A stretch of DNA of 64,000 nt, from positions 3,844,001 to 3,908,000 of the forward strand of contig NC_086108.1 in NCBI RefSeq assembly GCF_963921235.1, given 5' to 3'. A program made the translations under genes and the position numbers. The notes under the pieces were generated by a model. It ran no database searches. It saw nothing but the letters and a program-made list of their open reading frames with translations, and was not told the origin of the DNA. Shown here piece by piece: positions 49,325-61,354 of the stretch; the first letter of the stretch is position 1, and each line of letters begins with the position of its first letter. The DNA comes from Mobula hypostoma (lineage: Eukaryota).

Positions 49325-49590
49325 CCGTATGTGTAGTGGTCAGCACGACGCCTCGGCAACCTGGGTTCAATTCCTGCCACTGCCTGTAAGGAGTTTTATG
49401 TTCTCCCTGTGTGCGTGTGGGTTTCCTCCGAGTGCTCCGGTTTCTTCCCACGGTCCAAGGACTGACCAGTTGGTAGGTTAATTGGTCAATGTAAATTGGC
49501 CTCTGATTAGGTTAGGATTAAATTGGGGGATTGCTGGGCAATGTAGCTCCGAGGGCTGGAAGGGCCTATTTCGTGTTGTATCTCAATAAT
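49325..49590 (+). mobile_element. V-SINE
   Basis: GTGTAGTGGTCAG, GGTTCAATTCC B-box, V-core GGGTTTCCTCCGAGTGCTCCGGTTTCTTCCCAC. Confidence 0.82.
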
Positions 49591-49783
49591 TGGCTAGAGG
49601 AGGTAGTGCAGACAAGCTCCCACTACCTATTAAATGGCGTGTGCCTCAAATAGCCTCTGATAACCAAGTCCAACTCCTGGCCTTCATGAGTGGCTTAGCT
49701 ACTAAGCCCTGTGGAACCGTTTCTACTGACAGGAGAATGGACAAAGGCAGGTTACAGGCACCTTAAAACCAGTCGTTTTCGGC

Positions 49784-52741
49784 ATAAGACCATAAGATCT
49801 GGGAGCAGAAGTAGGCTATTAGGCCCATCGAGTCTCCTCCACCATTCAATCTTGGGCTGATCTAATTCTTCCAGTTAGCCCCACTCCCCTGTCTTCTCCC
49901 CATACTCTTTGATGCTCTGGCTAATCAAGAACATATCTATCTCTGCCTTAAATACACCCAATGATTTGCCCTCCACAGCCGCTCGTGGCATCAAATTCCA
50001 CAGATTTACCACCCTCTGACTAAAGTAATTTCTCCGCATCTCAGTTCTAAATAGATGTCCTTCAATCCTGAAGTCCTAGACTCCCCTACCATGGGAAATA
50101 ACTTTGCCATATCTAATCTGTTCAGGCCTTTTAACGTTTGGAATATTTCTATGAGATCCCCCCCATCATTCTCCTGAACTCCAGGGAATACAGCCCAAGA
50201 GCTGCCAGATGTTCCTCATATGGTAACCCTCTCATTCCTGGAATCATTCTCGTGATTCTTCTCTGAACCCTCTCCAAAGTCAGTATATCCTTTCTAAAAT
50301 AAGGAGCCCAAAACTGCACACAATACTCCAAGTTTGGTCTCATGAGTGCCTTATAGAGCCTCAACATCATATCCTCTTATATTATATACCTCCACAAATG
50401 AATGCCAACATTGCATTTGCCTTCTTCACCACCGACTCAACCTGGAGGTTAACCTTTAGGGTATCCTGCACGAGGACTCCCAAGTTCCTTTGCATCTTTG
50501 CATTTTGAATTCTCTCCCAATCTAAATAATAGTCTGCCCGTTTATTCCTTCCACCAAAGTGTATGACCATACATTTTCCAATATTGTATTTCATTTGCCA
50601 CTTCTTTGTCCATTCCCCTAAACTATCTAAGTCTCTCTGCAGGCTCTCTGTTTCCTCAACGCTACCCGCTCCTCCACCCATCTTTGTATCGTCAGCAAAT
50701 TTAGCCACAAATCCATTAATCCCATAGTCCAAATCATTGACATACATCATAAAAAGCAGCGGTCCCAACACCGACCCCTGTGGAACTCCACTGGTAATTG
50801 GCAGCCAGCCAGAATAGGACCCCTTTATTCCCACCCTCTGTTTTCTGCCGATCAGCCAATCCTCCACTCATGCTAGTAATTCCCCTGTAATTCCATGGGC
50901 TCTTATCTTGCTAAGCAGCCTCATGTGCAGCACCTTGTCAAAGGCCTTCTGAAAATCCAAGTACACCACATCTACTGCATCTCTTTTGTCTACCCTGCTT
51001 GTAATTTCCTCAATGAATTGTAGAAGGTTTATCAGGAAACCATGCCTGCTTTGGCCTATCTTGTCATGTGTCTCCAGGTACTCCATTATTTCATCCCTAA
51101 AAATCAATTCCAACAATATCCCAACCACTGATGTCAGGCTAACAGGTCTGTAGTTTCCTTTCTGCTGCCTTCCACCCTTCTTAAATAGCGGAGTAACATT
51201 AGCAATTTTCCAGTCATCTGGTACAACGCCAGAATCTATCGATTCTTGAAAGATTGTCGTTAATGCTTCTGCAGTCTCTCCAGCTACTTCTTTCAAAACC
51301 CAAGGGTGCATTCCATCAGGTCCAGGAGATTTATCCACCCTCAGACCATTAAGCTTTCTGAGCACCTTCTCGGTCGTAATTTTCATGCACATACTTCACT
51401 TTCCTGACACTCTTGAATGTCCAGTATACCGCAGATGTCTTCCACTGTGAAGACTTATGCAAAATACACATTCAGTTCCTCTGCCATCTCTGCGTCTCTC
51501 ATTACAATATCTTCAGCATCATTTTCTATTGGTCCTATATCTACCTCAACTCTCTTTTACCCTTTATATACTTATAAAAGCTTTTAGTATCTTCTTTGAT
51601 ATTAGTCTCCAGCTTCCTTTCATATTTCATCTTTTCCTTCCTAATGCCCTTCTTAGTTTCCTTCTGCTGGTTTTTAAAAGCTTCCCAATCCTCCATCTTC
51701 GCACTATCTTTGGCTTCCTTGTATGCCCTCTCTTTTGCTTTTACCTTGGCTTTGATTTCACTTGTCAGCCACAGTAGCGTCCTTCTTCCTTTCAAAAATT
51801 TCTTCTTTTTGGAATATATCTGTCTTGCACTTCCCTCATTTTTTGAGAAACTCCTGCCGTTGCTGCTCTGCTGTCCTTCCTGCTAGTGTCCCTTTCAGGA
51901 ATTACAGGGAAGGTCCAGTCAACTTTGGCCAGTTCCCCTCTCATGCCATTGTAATTTTCTTTATTCCACTGAAATACTGAAACATTGGAATTTAGTTTCT
52001 CCTCAAATTTCAAAGTGAACTCAATCATATTGTGATCACTGTTCCCTAAGGGTTCCTTAGCCTTAAGCTCTCCTATCACCTCTGGATCATTGCCAAACAC
52101 CCAATCCAGCACAGCCAATCCCCTAGTGGGCTCAACAACAAACTGTTCTAAAAAGCCATCCCTTAAACATTCTACAAATTCTCTCTCTTGAGGTCCAGTA
52201 CTGGCTTGGTTTTCCCAATCCACTTTCATGTTAAAATCCCCCATGATTATCATGACATTGCCCTTCTGTCACGCCTTTTCTATCTCCTGCTGTAATTTGT
52301 AATCCACATCCCGGCTGCTGTTTGGAGGCCTGTATACAACTGCCATTAGGGTCCTTTTACCCTTGTCATTTCTTAACTCAACCCATAGAGACCTTACACC
52401 TTCTAATCCAATGTCATCTCTTTCTAATGATTTAATATTATTTCTTATACACAGGGCCACACCACCCCCTCTGTCTACTAACCTATCTTTCCGATACATC
52501 GTATATCCTTGGACGTTCAGCTCTCAATGGCAGCCATCCTTTAGCCAAGTTTCAGAGATGACCACAACGTCATACTTGCCAATCTGTAGCTGAATTTCAA
52601 GATCGTCCATTTTATTTCTTATGCTGCGTGTATTCAAATACAACACTCTCAGTCCAATATTTGTTGCTTTCTGTTTTAACTGCACCTGTAACTCATCGCA
52701 CTGGCTGTGATTATGCCTCACCTCCTGCCTGTCCTTTCTAT
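49784..52741 (-). mobile_element. CR1 LINE (degenerate ORF2, APE to RT, plus 3' tail)
   Basis: ORFs 52524-52778 (LNTRS, ISETW), 51792-52253 (GDFN, SDH), 50868-51392, 50382-50867 (FADD) and 50149-50370; tail CATAAGACCATAAG. Confidence 0.93.
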
Positions 52742-53095
52742 GGCGGATGGCGCTTTTCAGCTGCGGTTGGCAGCTCATCTAGAAGAAGGAAGACTCTGAT
52801 CTCAAACCTCGGCTGCCTTGTAGCTACACTCACACATGGGGAAGGCTTCGGGAGTAAACCATGAGGGAAAAATCCGGAGCTGGGGTCCCTAAGGCAGTCC
52901 TATATTGAGTCCTGCGACAGTGTTGGTACCAAACTGTAACAGTCTCCACCATTCCTTTGGGTTCATCGGATGTGCGGAGAATGGGAGCTGGCTACATGGG
53001 CAACAGCTTGCTCTCCATATCGTACTGCCCAGGCTTGCCGATCTAGACAGCCGGGATGAAACATTCATGGTCAACCTAGACCAACGGAAGTCTCA
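52742..53095 (+). mobile_element. RTE-like 5'-region repeat, probably continuing 49590-49783 across the CR1 insertion
   Basis: GGCAGCTCATCTAGAAGAAGGAAGACTCTGATCTCAAACC..GGGAGTAAACC..AAATCCGGAGCTGG; family assignment by recall. Confidence 0.5.
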
Positions 53096-53759
53096 CCCTC
53101 ATTATCTCGGTAAATTACTTCATGCCATACATCCTGAGCGTGTGAAGGGTGCTAAAGAAAAGTGGCTTTCTGCTGGCATTTAGTGGGTTATTTTCAAAGT
53201 GAATTTATTATCAAGGTACATATACATCACCATATACTACCCTGAGATTCATTTTCTTGCAGGTATTCACAGGAGAACAGAGAAATACAATAGAATTTAT
53301 GAAATATGCAAGTAAAAATAGACAAACAACTAACATGCAATGTTTGCCAGTTCTGCCTGCTGCTGCATGACGTTTACTCCACTCTCCATGCCACTGAGGC
53401 TGAGCCTGTGGTCTTGACCTGCTGCTCTGAGCTTTGAGCTCCATGACCATTTGCCCCACTGTGTGATGAACTGAGGCTGAGGTTGTGGGCCTGTTCTGGG
53501 CTTTGTGTCTGTGGACTCACTGTCATTCTGAATGCTGTTTGTTTGATTTTATTGTTTACACAATTTGTGTTTTTTACTCTGTCTTCACAATGGGTGTTTT
53601 GTTAGTCTTTTTTAAAATGGATTCTTTCAGGTTTCTTGTTTGCGGCTGCCTATAAGAAGATAAATCTCAAAGTTGTATAATTTATGCACACTTTGACATT
53701 AAATGTACTTTGAACTTTGGTGTGGGACCTAAGCCTGCTGTACCCCCTTTCTGAAGAGA

Positions 53760-54540
53760 ACATGACATGAAATCGTAACCAGATTTGCCCAACCCATGTG
53801 ACAAATTACTCATCATAAACACACAACACAAAATACAATACAGACACAAAATTGATACTCGGCTCCTAGAGTGAAAATACAAAAACAAATACAACTAATA
53901 CTTACCAAAAATACATAATAAAGACCAACAAATGATAAACACAGAGAATGCCAAAAGAAACCAAAAACAATCCAACACATTACAGGATCCTGTAGCAGTT
54001 TAACTCAATCTGATTACTTAAACAGTAATCAAGTGGTAAACATCATTCACCAAAATGTTGCTTTAAAAAACAAACTCAAAACAGACAAATATCTTACTAT
54101 AAATACAAATCTGATCCAGTATTAGAGTCAGTTTCCCACAAATTATATTACGGTCGACCCGTTTTTACAGATAGGACAATCCATATTAACTGTCTGGATA
54201 TAATATTACAGGATAAACAAGCAAGAACAACTTACTTAATAGATATAGCCATTCCAAACACACACACCATACAGAAATCAACAAGTGAAATACACTAGCA
54301 ATATGCTGAATTCAAAGAGGAAACTGAAAGACTTTAGAACACGAAGAGGGTATACATTGTCCCAATAGTAATATCTACAACTGGTGTCTTCCAGAAGACA
54401 CTACACAATAGCATTAAACAATTAGGGCTACAAGAATAATCCAAAAGTTCCTAGCGATTGACAAATGTGTGTGCTAAGCTATGCCCATACCTCAGGTTTT
54501 ACCAGCTTGAGCTGAGAAAATGTAAATAATAATAATAAAA
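53760..54540 (+). mobile_element. R4/Dong-clade non-LTR retrotransposon 3' fragment (CCHC finger and restriction-like endonuclease), degenerate
   Basis: Manual translation gives RECQKKPKTIQHITGSC; TDRTIHINCLDIILQDKQARTTYLIDIAIPN; RVYIVPIVISTTG. Ends in (TAA)n. Confidence 0.75.
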
Positions 54541-54620
54541 GAGTTAATAATTAATACTGAGAACATGAGTTGCAGCCCTTGATAGTGAGTCCATAGGTTG
54601 TGGAATCAGTTCAGTGTTGG

Positions 54621-55131
54621 GGTGAGTGAAGTTATCCACACTGGTTCAGGAGCCTGATGGTTGTGGGGTAATAACTGTTCCTGAACCTGGTGGTGTGGGA
54701 CCTGAGGCTCATTGTGGTGAGTGAAGTTATCCACACTGGTTCAGGAGCCTGATGGTTGTGGGGTAATAACTGTTCCTGAACCTGCTGGTGTGGGACCTGA
54801 GGCTCATTGTGGTGAGTGAAGTTATCCACACTGGTTCAGGAGCCTGATGGTTGTGGGGTAATAACTGTTGAACCTGGTGGTGTGGGACCTGAGGCTCATT
54901 GTGGTGGTGAAGTTATCCACACTGGTTCAGGAGGCTGATGGTTGTGGGGTAATAACTGTTCCTGAAGCTGGTAGTGTGGGACCTGAGACTCATTGTGGTG
55001 AGTGAAGTTATCCACACTGGTTCAGGAGGCTGATGGTTGTGGGGTAATAACTGTTCCTGAAGCTGGTAGTGTGGGACCTGAGACTCATTGTGGTGAGTGA
55101 AGTTATCCACACTGGTTCAGGAGCCTGATGG
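54621..55131 (-). repeat. Short array (about 5.3 copies) of the 95-bp satellite, abutting a LINE 3' UTR at 54545-54620
   Basis: Same monomer and same GACCTGAGGCTCATTGTGG junction as the large array. Confidence 0.95.
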
Positions 55132-55199
55132 CCCGATTCGATGGGAACAGTTGCCTGCTGGGACATGTTGATGGTGGAGCTGCTATTTCACAGACCCAG

Positions 55200-55400
55200 C
55201 TTCGATCGCTACTTCTGGCGCTGTCTGTGTGTGGAGTTTGCACATCCTCTTTGTGACCACCTGGGTTTCCCCATGTTCTCTGCTTTCCTTCCACTTTCCA
55301 AAGGTTCAGCCTGTGGGTTGGTAAATTCACTTGCCACTGCAAATTGCCCCTAGTGGGAGTAAAATCTGTGGGGAGAAAAAAAGTGCAGGATTAGCATGGG
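55200..55400 (+). mobile_element. Degenerate V-SINE
   Basis: GTGTGGAGTTTGCACATCCTC..GGGTTTCCCCATGTTCTCTGCTTTCCTTCCAC..TAAATTCAC..GCAAATTGCCCC. Confidence 0.6.
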
Positions 55401-55404
55401 CAGC

Positions 55405-58350
55405 TGGTGAGCAACAATGCCTACATTTTATTAAGCTTTTGAGGAGATTAGGTATGTCACCAAAGTCTCTTGCAAAAGTCTACAGATGGACCTTGGAGAA
55501 CATTCTAACTGGTTGCATCACTATCTAATATGGAGAGGCCACTGCACAGGATCTGCAAAAAATCTGCAGATGGTTGCAGACTCCATCAGCTCCATCATGG
55601 TCACCAGCCTCCCCAGCACTGAGAACATCTCCAAAAGGTGATGCCTCAGATAGGCGGCATCCATCATTAAGGACCCCCATCACCATGACCATAAGACATA
55701 GGAGCAGAATTAGGCCATTTGGCCCCATCGAGTCTGCTCCACCATTCTATCCTGGATGATTCTTTATCCCCTCTTCAGTCCCATTCCCCAACCTTCTCCT
55801 CCCGTGGCTAAGCAAGAACCTATCAATCTCCGCCTTATATACACCCAGTGACCTGGCCTCCACAACAAGTTCCACAAATTCACCACCCTCTGGCTAAAGA
55901 AATGTCTCTGCATCTGTTTTAAATGGACACCCCTCCATTCTGAGGCTGTGCCCTCTTGTCCTAGACTCCTCCACCATGGGAAACATCCTTTCCACATCTA
56001 CTCTGTTTAGGCCTTTCAACATTTGAAAGGTTTCAATGAGATTCCCCCTTCATCTTTCTACATTCCAATGAGTACAGATCCAGAGCCAGCAAATGTTACT
56101 CATAAGATAACAAAATTCTATTCCACCATCTAAAACATTGATATACAGCATAAAAAGAAACAGTTCCAACACCGACCCCCGTGGAACACCACTAGTCACT
56201 GACAGCCAATTAGAAAAGGATCCTTTTATTCCCACTCACTGCCTCCTACCAATCAGCCAATGCTCTAACCATGTTAGTAACTTTCCTGTAAAATCATGGG
56301 CTCTTAACTTGGTAAGCCACCTCATGTGTGGCACCTCATCGAAGGCCTTCTGAAAGTCCCAATATACAACATCCACTGCATCCCCTTTATCTATTCTACT
56401 TGTAATCTCCTCAAAGAATTTCAACAGGTTTGTCAGGCAAGATTTTCCCTTAAGAAACCACGTTCTATCTTTGTTCTATCTTGTCCTGTCACCAAGTACT
56501 CCATCATCTCATCCTTAACAATTGACTCCAATATCTTCCCAACCACTGAGATCCGGATAACTTGTCTATAATTTCCCTTCTGCTGTCTTCCTCCTTTTTT
56601 AAAGAGTGGACTAACATTTGCAATTTTCCAGTCCTCTGGCATAATGCCTCCATAATCTCTACATACCCAACAATCTGTGATAGCTGAACAAGATCATTCA
56701 CCTTATTTCTTCTACTCTGTGCATTGAGATATAACACTTTGAGTACTGTATTTGCTAACCTTTTTGATTCTGCATCCCTAATGCACTGATACTCACCCTG
56801 CTGGCTGCAATTTTGTCCCATCATCTGCCTGACAGTATGACTGCACGTTATCTTTGCTTTTTTACCAACCATCCTATCCTGAGTCTCTTCACTCTGGTTC
56901 CCACCCCCCTGCCAAATTAGTTTAAACCCTCCCCAACAGCTCTAACAAACCTGCCCACAAGAATATTGGTTCCCCTCGGGTTTAGGTGCAACCCATCACT
57001 TTTGTACAGGTCATACCTCCCCCTGAAGAGATCCCAATGATCCAAGAACCTGAAGCCCTGCCCCCTGCACCAGCTTCTCAGCCACACATTTATCTGCCAA
57101 ATCATCCTGTTTCTACCCTCACTGGCATGTGGGGGTAGAAATCATTTCAGCAATCCAGAAATTACTACCCTGGGGGTCCTGTTTCTCAGCTTTCCACCGA
57201 GCTCTCTAAATTCTCTTTTCAGGACCTCTTTGCTTTTCCTTCCTATGTCATTGGTACCAATATGTACCAAGACATCTGGCTGCTCCCCCTCCTTCTCCAA
57301 AATGTTGTGGACACGATCCGAGACATCCCTGATCCTGGCATCTGGGAGGCAACATACCATCCGGGTGTCCCGCTCACATCCACAGAATCTCCTGTCTGTT
57401 CCCCTGACCATTGAGTCCCTCATCAGTAGCACTCCCCTCTTCTCCCTCTTTCCCTTCTGCACCACAGACCTATGCTCAGTGCCAGTAACCCAGTCACTGT
57501 GACATTCCCCTGGGAGGTCATCCCCCACAACAGTATCCAAAACGGTATACTTACTATTGGAGGGATTGGCCACAGGGGTGCTCTGCGCCAACTGCCTATT
57601 CACATTTCCATTTCTCTTGACAGTCACCCAGCTACTCGCCTCCTGCAACTTTGGGGTGACCACTTCCCTGTATCTCTGATCGATTATCTCTCACTTTCCC
57701 ATACAAGCTGAAGGTTATCCAGCTGCTGCTCAAGATCCCTAACATGGTGTTCAAGAAGCTGCAGTCAGATGCACTTCGTGTAGATGTAGCTCCCTCAGAG
57801 ACGCTGGGTCTCCCAGGACTCCAACATCTGGCATGAACACCCAACGGCCATTTACTACGCTAGGTACAGAAAGAGAAAAAAAAGGGAACCAATAGAAACT
57901 TACCCAGAGCCAATGCCTCTTTCAAGTCGAAACCTCCTTTGACCCAGGACGTGCCCTCTTCTCATTGTTATCATCAGGAAGGAGGTACAGGAGCCTGAAG
58001 ACACACACGATGAATCAGGAACAGCTTCTTTCCCTCTGTCATCCGATTTCTGAATGGACATTGAACCCATCTACAATTTTTTATAACAAAAAGTAAAAAA
58101 CTTTATTTGAATACAAAAAACATACGAAGGACAGGGGTTGCAATCCTGTTGCTAAATTCAAATTGAAATAGCGTTAAGAGCACCTGTAATACACTCAATT
58201 CCCTGGAGGGCCCACTGTTTTCAGAAATCCCTCACTAACCATGTACACCACCTCACTAGCTTTCCTGCTTTATTTCTGCAATTATAGTTTTATAATTTAT
58301 TGCAATGGACTGTTATCACAAAACAACACATTTCACAACATATGCCGGTG
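55405..58350 (+). mobile_element. Rex1/Babar-type LINE 3' fragment split by a CR1
   Basis: 55405-55685 reads LRRLGMSPKSLAKVYRWTLENILTGCIT..SIIKDPHH; it resumes at about 57942 with PGRALFSLLSSGRRYRSLKTH. Confidence 0.8.
55686..57940 (-). mobile_element. Internally deleted CR1 (ORF1 remnant, ORF2 pieces, 3' tail)
   Basis: ORF1 esterase 57142-57663 (HIGTND) and 56917-57105 (DGLH); short APE start; RT pieces 56050-56642; tail GACCATAAGACATAGG. Confidence 0.88.
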
Positions 58351-58389
58351 ATGATTCTGATTCTGGGGACTCAATGATTAATGGGTAAT

Positions 58390-59410
58390 TGACAAACTTC
58401 TACAGATGCCCAGTGGTTAGTATCTCAGCCCATCACAGGGAAAGCCCTCCTCACCATTGAGTACATTTACAAGGAGCGCTGCCACAAGAGAATATCCATC
58501 ATCCAGGATCCCCACCATCCATGCTCTCTTCTCACTACCACCATTGGGCAGGAGCTACAGGAGCCTCAGGTTCCACACCACCAGGTTCAGGAACAGTTAT
58601 TACCCCACAACCATCAGGCTCCTGAACCAGTGTGGATAACTTCACTCACCACAATGAGCCTCAGGTCCCACACCGCCAGGTTCAGGAACAGTTATTACCC
58701 CACAACCATCAGGCTCCTGAACCAGTGTGGATAACTTCACTCACCACAATGAGCCTCAGGTCCCACACCGCCAGGTTCAGGAACAGTTATTACCCCACAA
58801 CCATCAGGCTCCTGAACCAGTGTGGATAACTTCACTCACCACAATGAGCCTCAGGTCCCACACCGCCAGGCTCAGGAACAGTTATTACCCTACAACCATC
58901 AGGCTCCTGAACCAGTGTGGATAACTTCACTCACCACAATGAGCCTCAGGTCCCACACCGCCAGGTTCAGGAACAGTTATTACCCCACAACCATCAGGCT
59001 GCTGAACCAGTGTGGATAACTTCACTCACCACAATGAGCCTCAGGTCCCACACCGTCAGGTTCAGGAACAGTTATTACCCCACAACCATCAGGCTCCTGA
59101 ACCAGTGTGGATAACTTCAATCACCACAATGAGCCTCAGGTCCCACACCAGCAGGTTCAGGAACAGTTATTACCCCACAACCATCAGGCTCCTGAACCAG
59201 TGTGGATAACTTCACGCACCACAACTCTGAATTGACTTCACAAACTACACTTTCAAGGACTTCACAACTCATGTTCTAACTGTTATTTATTTTTTATTTG
59301 CAGAATTTGTCTTCTTTTGCACATTGGTTGTTTGTCAGTATTTATGTATAGTTTTTCATAAATTCTATTGCAGGAAAATAAATCTCCAAGTGGTATATGG
59401 TAATTTACAG
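58390..59410 (+). mobile_element. Rex1/Babar-type LINE 3' fragment containing a 7-copy satellite array
   Basis: ORF 58457-58639 (HALFSLPPLGRSYRSLRFHTTRFRNSYYP) leads into the array; the 3' UTR resumes at 59225. Confidence 0.88.
58561..59224 (+). repeat. 7-copy array of the 95-bp satellite, inverted relative to the other two arrays
   Basis: GAGCCTCAGG at 58561, 58656, 58751, 58846, 58941, 59036 and 59131. Confidence 0.97.
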
Positions 59411-59411
59411 G

Positions 59412-59830
59412 TACTCAAACTCATTCGTAAGGCCAGTGATGTTGTGGGGATGGAACTGGACTCTCTGACGGTGGTGTCTGAAAAGAGGATGCTGTCCAAG
59501 TTGCATGCCATCTTGGTCAATGTCTCCCATCCACTACATAATGTACTGGGTGGGCACAGGAGTACATTCAGCCAGAGACTCATTCCTCCGAGATGCAGCA
59601 CAGAGCGTCATAGGAAGTCATTCCTGCCTGTGGCCATCAAACTTTACAACTCCTCCCTTGGAGGGTCAGACACCCTGAGCCAATAGGCTGGTCCTGGACT
59701 TATTTCCTGGCATAATTTACATATTACTATTTAACTATTTATGCTTTTATTATTATTTATTATTTATGGTGCAACTGTAAGGAAAACCAATTTCCCCTGG
59801 GATCAATAAAGTATGACTATGACTATGACT
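59412..59830 (+). mobile_element. Rex1-type LINE 3' end (different subfamily)
   Basis: KLIRKASDVVG..SHPLH..RLIPPRCSTERHRKSFLPVAIKLYN; AATAAA followed by an (ATGACT)3 tail. Confidence 0.88.
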
Positions 59831-60142
59831 ACCTAGGCAATTAATGTACTTTGATTTTGACATTGTTTTTCCTAAGGTATGGCTGAAGGTGAGGGTAGGT
59901 TTACCTCTATTCCTGGGTCCACATGTAAATAGGTCTGGAGTCTGCTGACGATATCTCCAGCCTCTCAGCTCTGCCAAAAGCAAGCAGAGAGGGAATTGTT
60001 TCCACCTCAAGAGACACAGTGCTTAAAGGGAGATAGTCCTGCCCAGAGCGAATCTTGACTGACACAAGCCTGTGAATCTAGCAGGGGAGGCAGATTCATT
60101 TCAGAAACTAGCCAAGTACGTGATTCTACTGCCCAAGCAGGT

Positions 60143-60610
60143 TCTCCACTCTCTCTCTCTCTCCCCCTCTCTCACTTGTCTCAGTCTCTGTCTCTCTCTC
60201 TCCTTGTCTCTGTCTCTTTATCACACTGTCTCTCTCACTCATTCTCTCTCTTCCTGTTTCTGTCTCTCTCACTCTGTCTGTCTGTCTCTCTCACACATAC
60301 ACACTGCCTCTCATTCATTCTCTCTCACTTTTTTTTCTTTCTCTTTGTCTCTCTTTCTCTCTCTCAGTGTCTGTCCATCTCTCTCTACATCTCACACTGT
60401 CTCTCTCACTAATCTCTGTCTGTTTCCCTCTCTCTCACACACTCTGCCTCTCTCTCTTTCACTCTCTCCCTCCGCTCTGTTTTTCTCTAAATCTGTCTCT
60501 CTTTCTGTCTCTCTCTCTCACTGTCCCTATTTCCTTTTCTCTCTCTCTATCTCTCTCTCACTGTCTCTTTTTCTCTCTCTCTACCTCTGTTTCTCACTCT
60601 CTCTCTTTTG
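60143..60610 (+). repeat. Degenerate (CT)n/(CTGT)n polypyrimidine tract
   Basis: About 470 bp of almost exclusively C/T on the + strand. Confidence 0.95.
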
Positions 60611-60929
60611 GTCGAGAGATCTAACTTATATTTGCCTTGCAGGGAACAAAAACAAGCAAGAACCCTCGATTTCTTTTGAAGGGCTTCGAGTTGATCCTGA
60701 TGTGGGACAGTTTCAGGAAGAGAGGCGCCTTGGCTGGGAATTGTTTGACAGCTGGGCAATCCCACCTCAGTCAGACAAAGCCTCCTGTGTAACCTAATTG
60801 GGCACGGACGCCCCGAGAGCTACGAGAAAGCTCAACTTTAAAGAAGGAAGGCGCTCTTCCCGGTCAGGAGGTCTGTCGGTACAAAACTCGGTTGCCACAA
60901 TTTTGACTGACGCACCCTTTTTGATATTA

Positions 60930-61125
60930 GTTTTTATTTAGGCATGCAGTATGGTACCAGGCTCTTCTGGCCCAACGAGCCTGCGCTGCCCATGTGACGA
61001 ATTAACCTATTCACCTGTAATCTTTGCAATGTGGGAGGAAACCAGAGCACTCCCAGAAAACTCGTGTGCCTTGGGGAGAATGTACAAATGCCTTCCGGAC
61101 TGTGGCAGGAATTGGACTTGCTCCC
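60930..61125 (-). mobile_element. V-SINE fragment
   Basis: GTGGGAGGAAACCAGAGCAC..GGGGAGAATGTACAAA is the reverse complement of the V-core. Confidence 0.7.
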
Positions 61126-61354
61126 AGGTCCTCCTCGCTGGACTGGTTTTATTAACTGCAAAAGTGGCGAGGGGAGAATGAGAAAACGCGGTTAGTATGG
61201 TTAGCACGAGCTGAAGGTGCCGGTGTCCTTGCAGTCCAAATATTCATTGTCTTAGAGTGCTCATGTTTTAAATTGTGAAAATATTATTATATTTATTCAT
61301 TCTAAAATAAATTAAAATTATTATTTATTTAGTATACCAACAACTCAGTAACCT

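Noticed and set aside
60072..60797. 241-aa Ser/Leu-rich ORF
   Set aside because: Mostly translation of a (CT)n tract.
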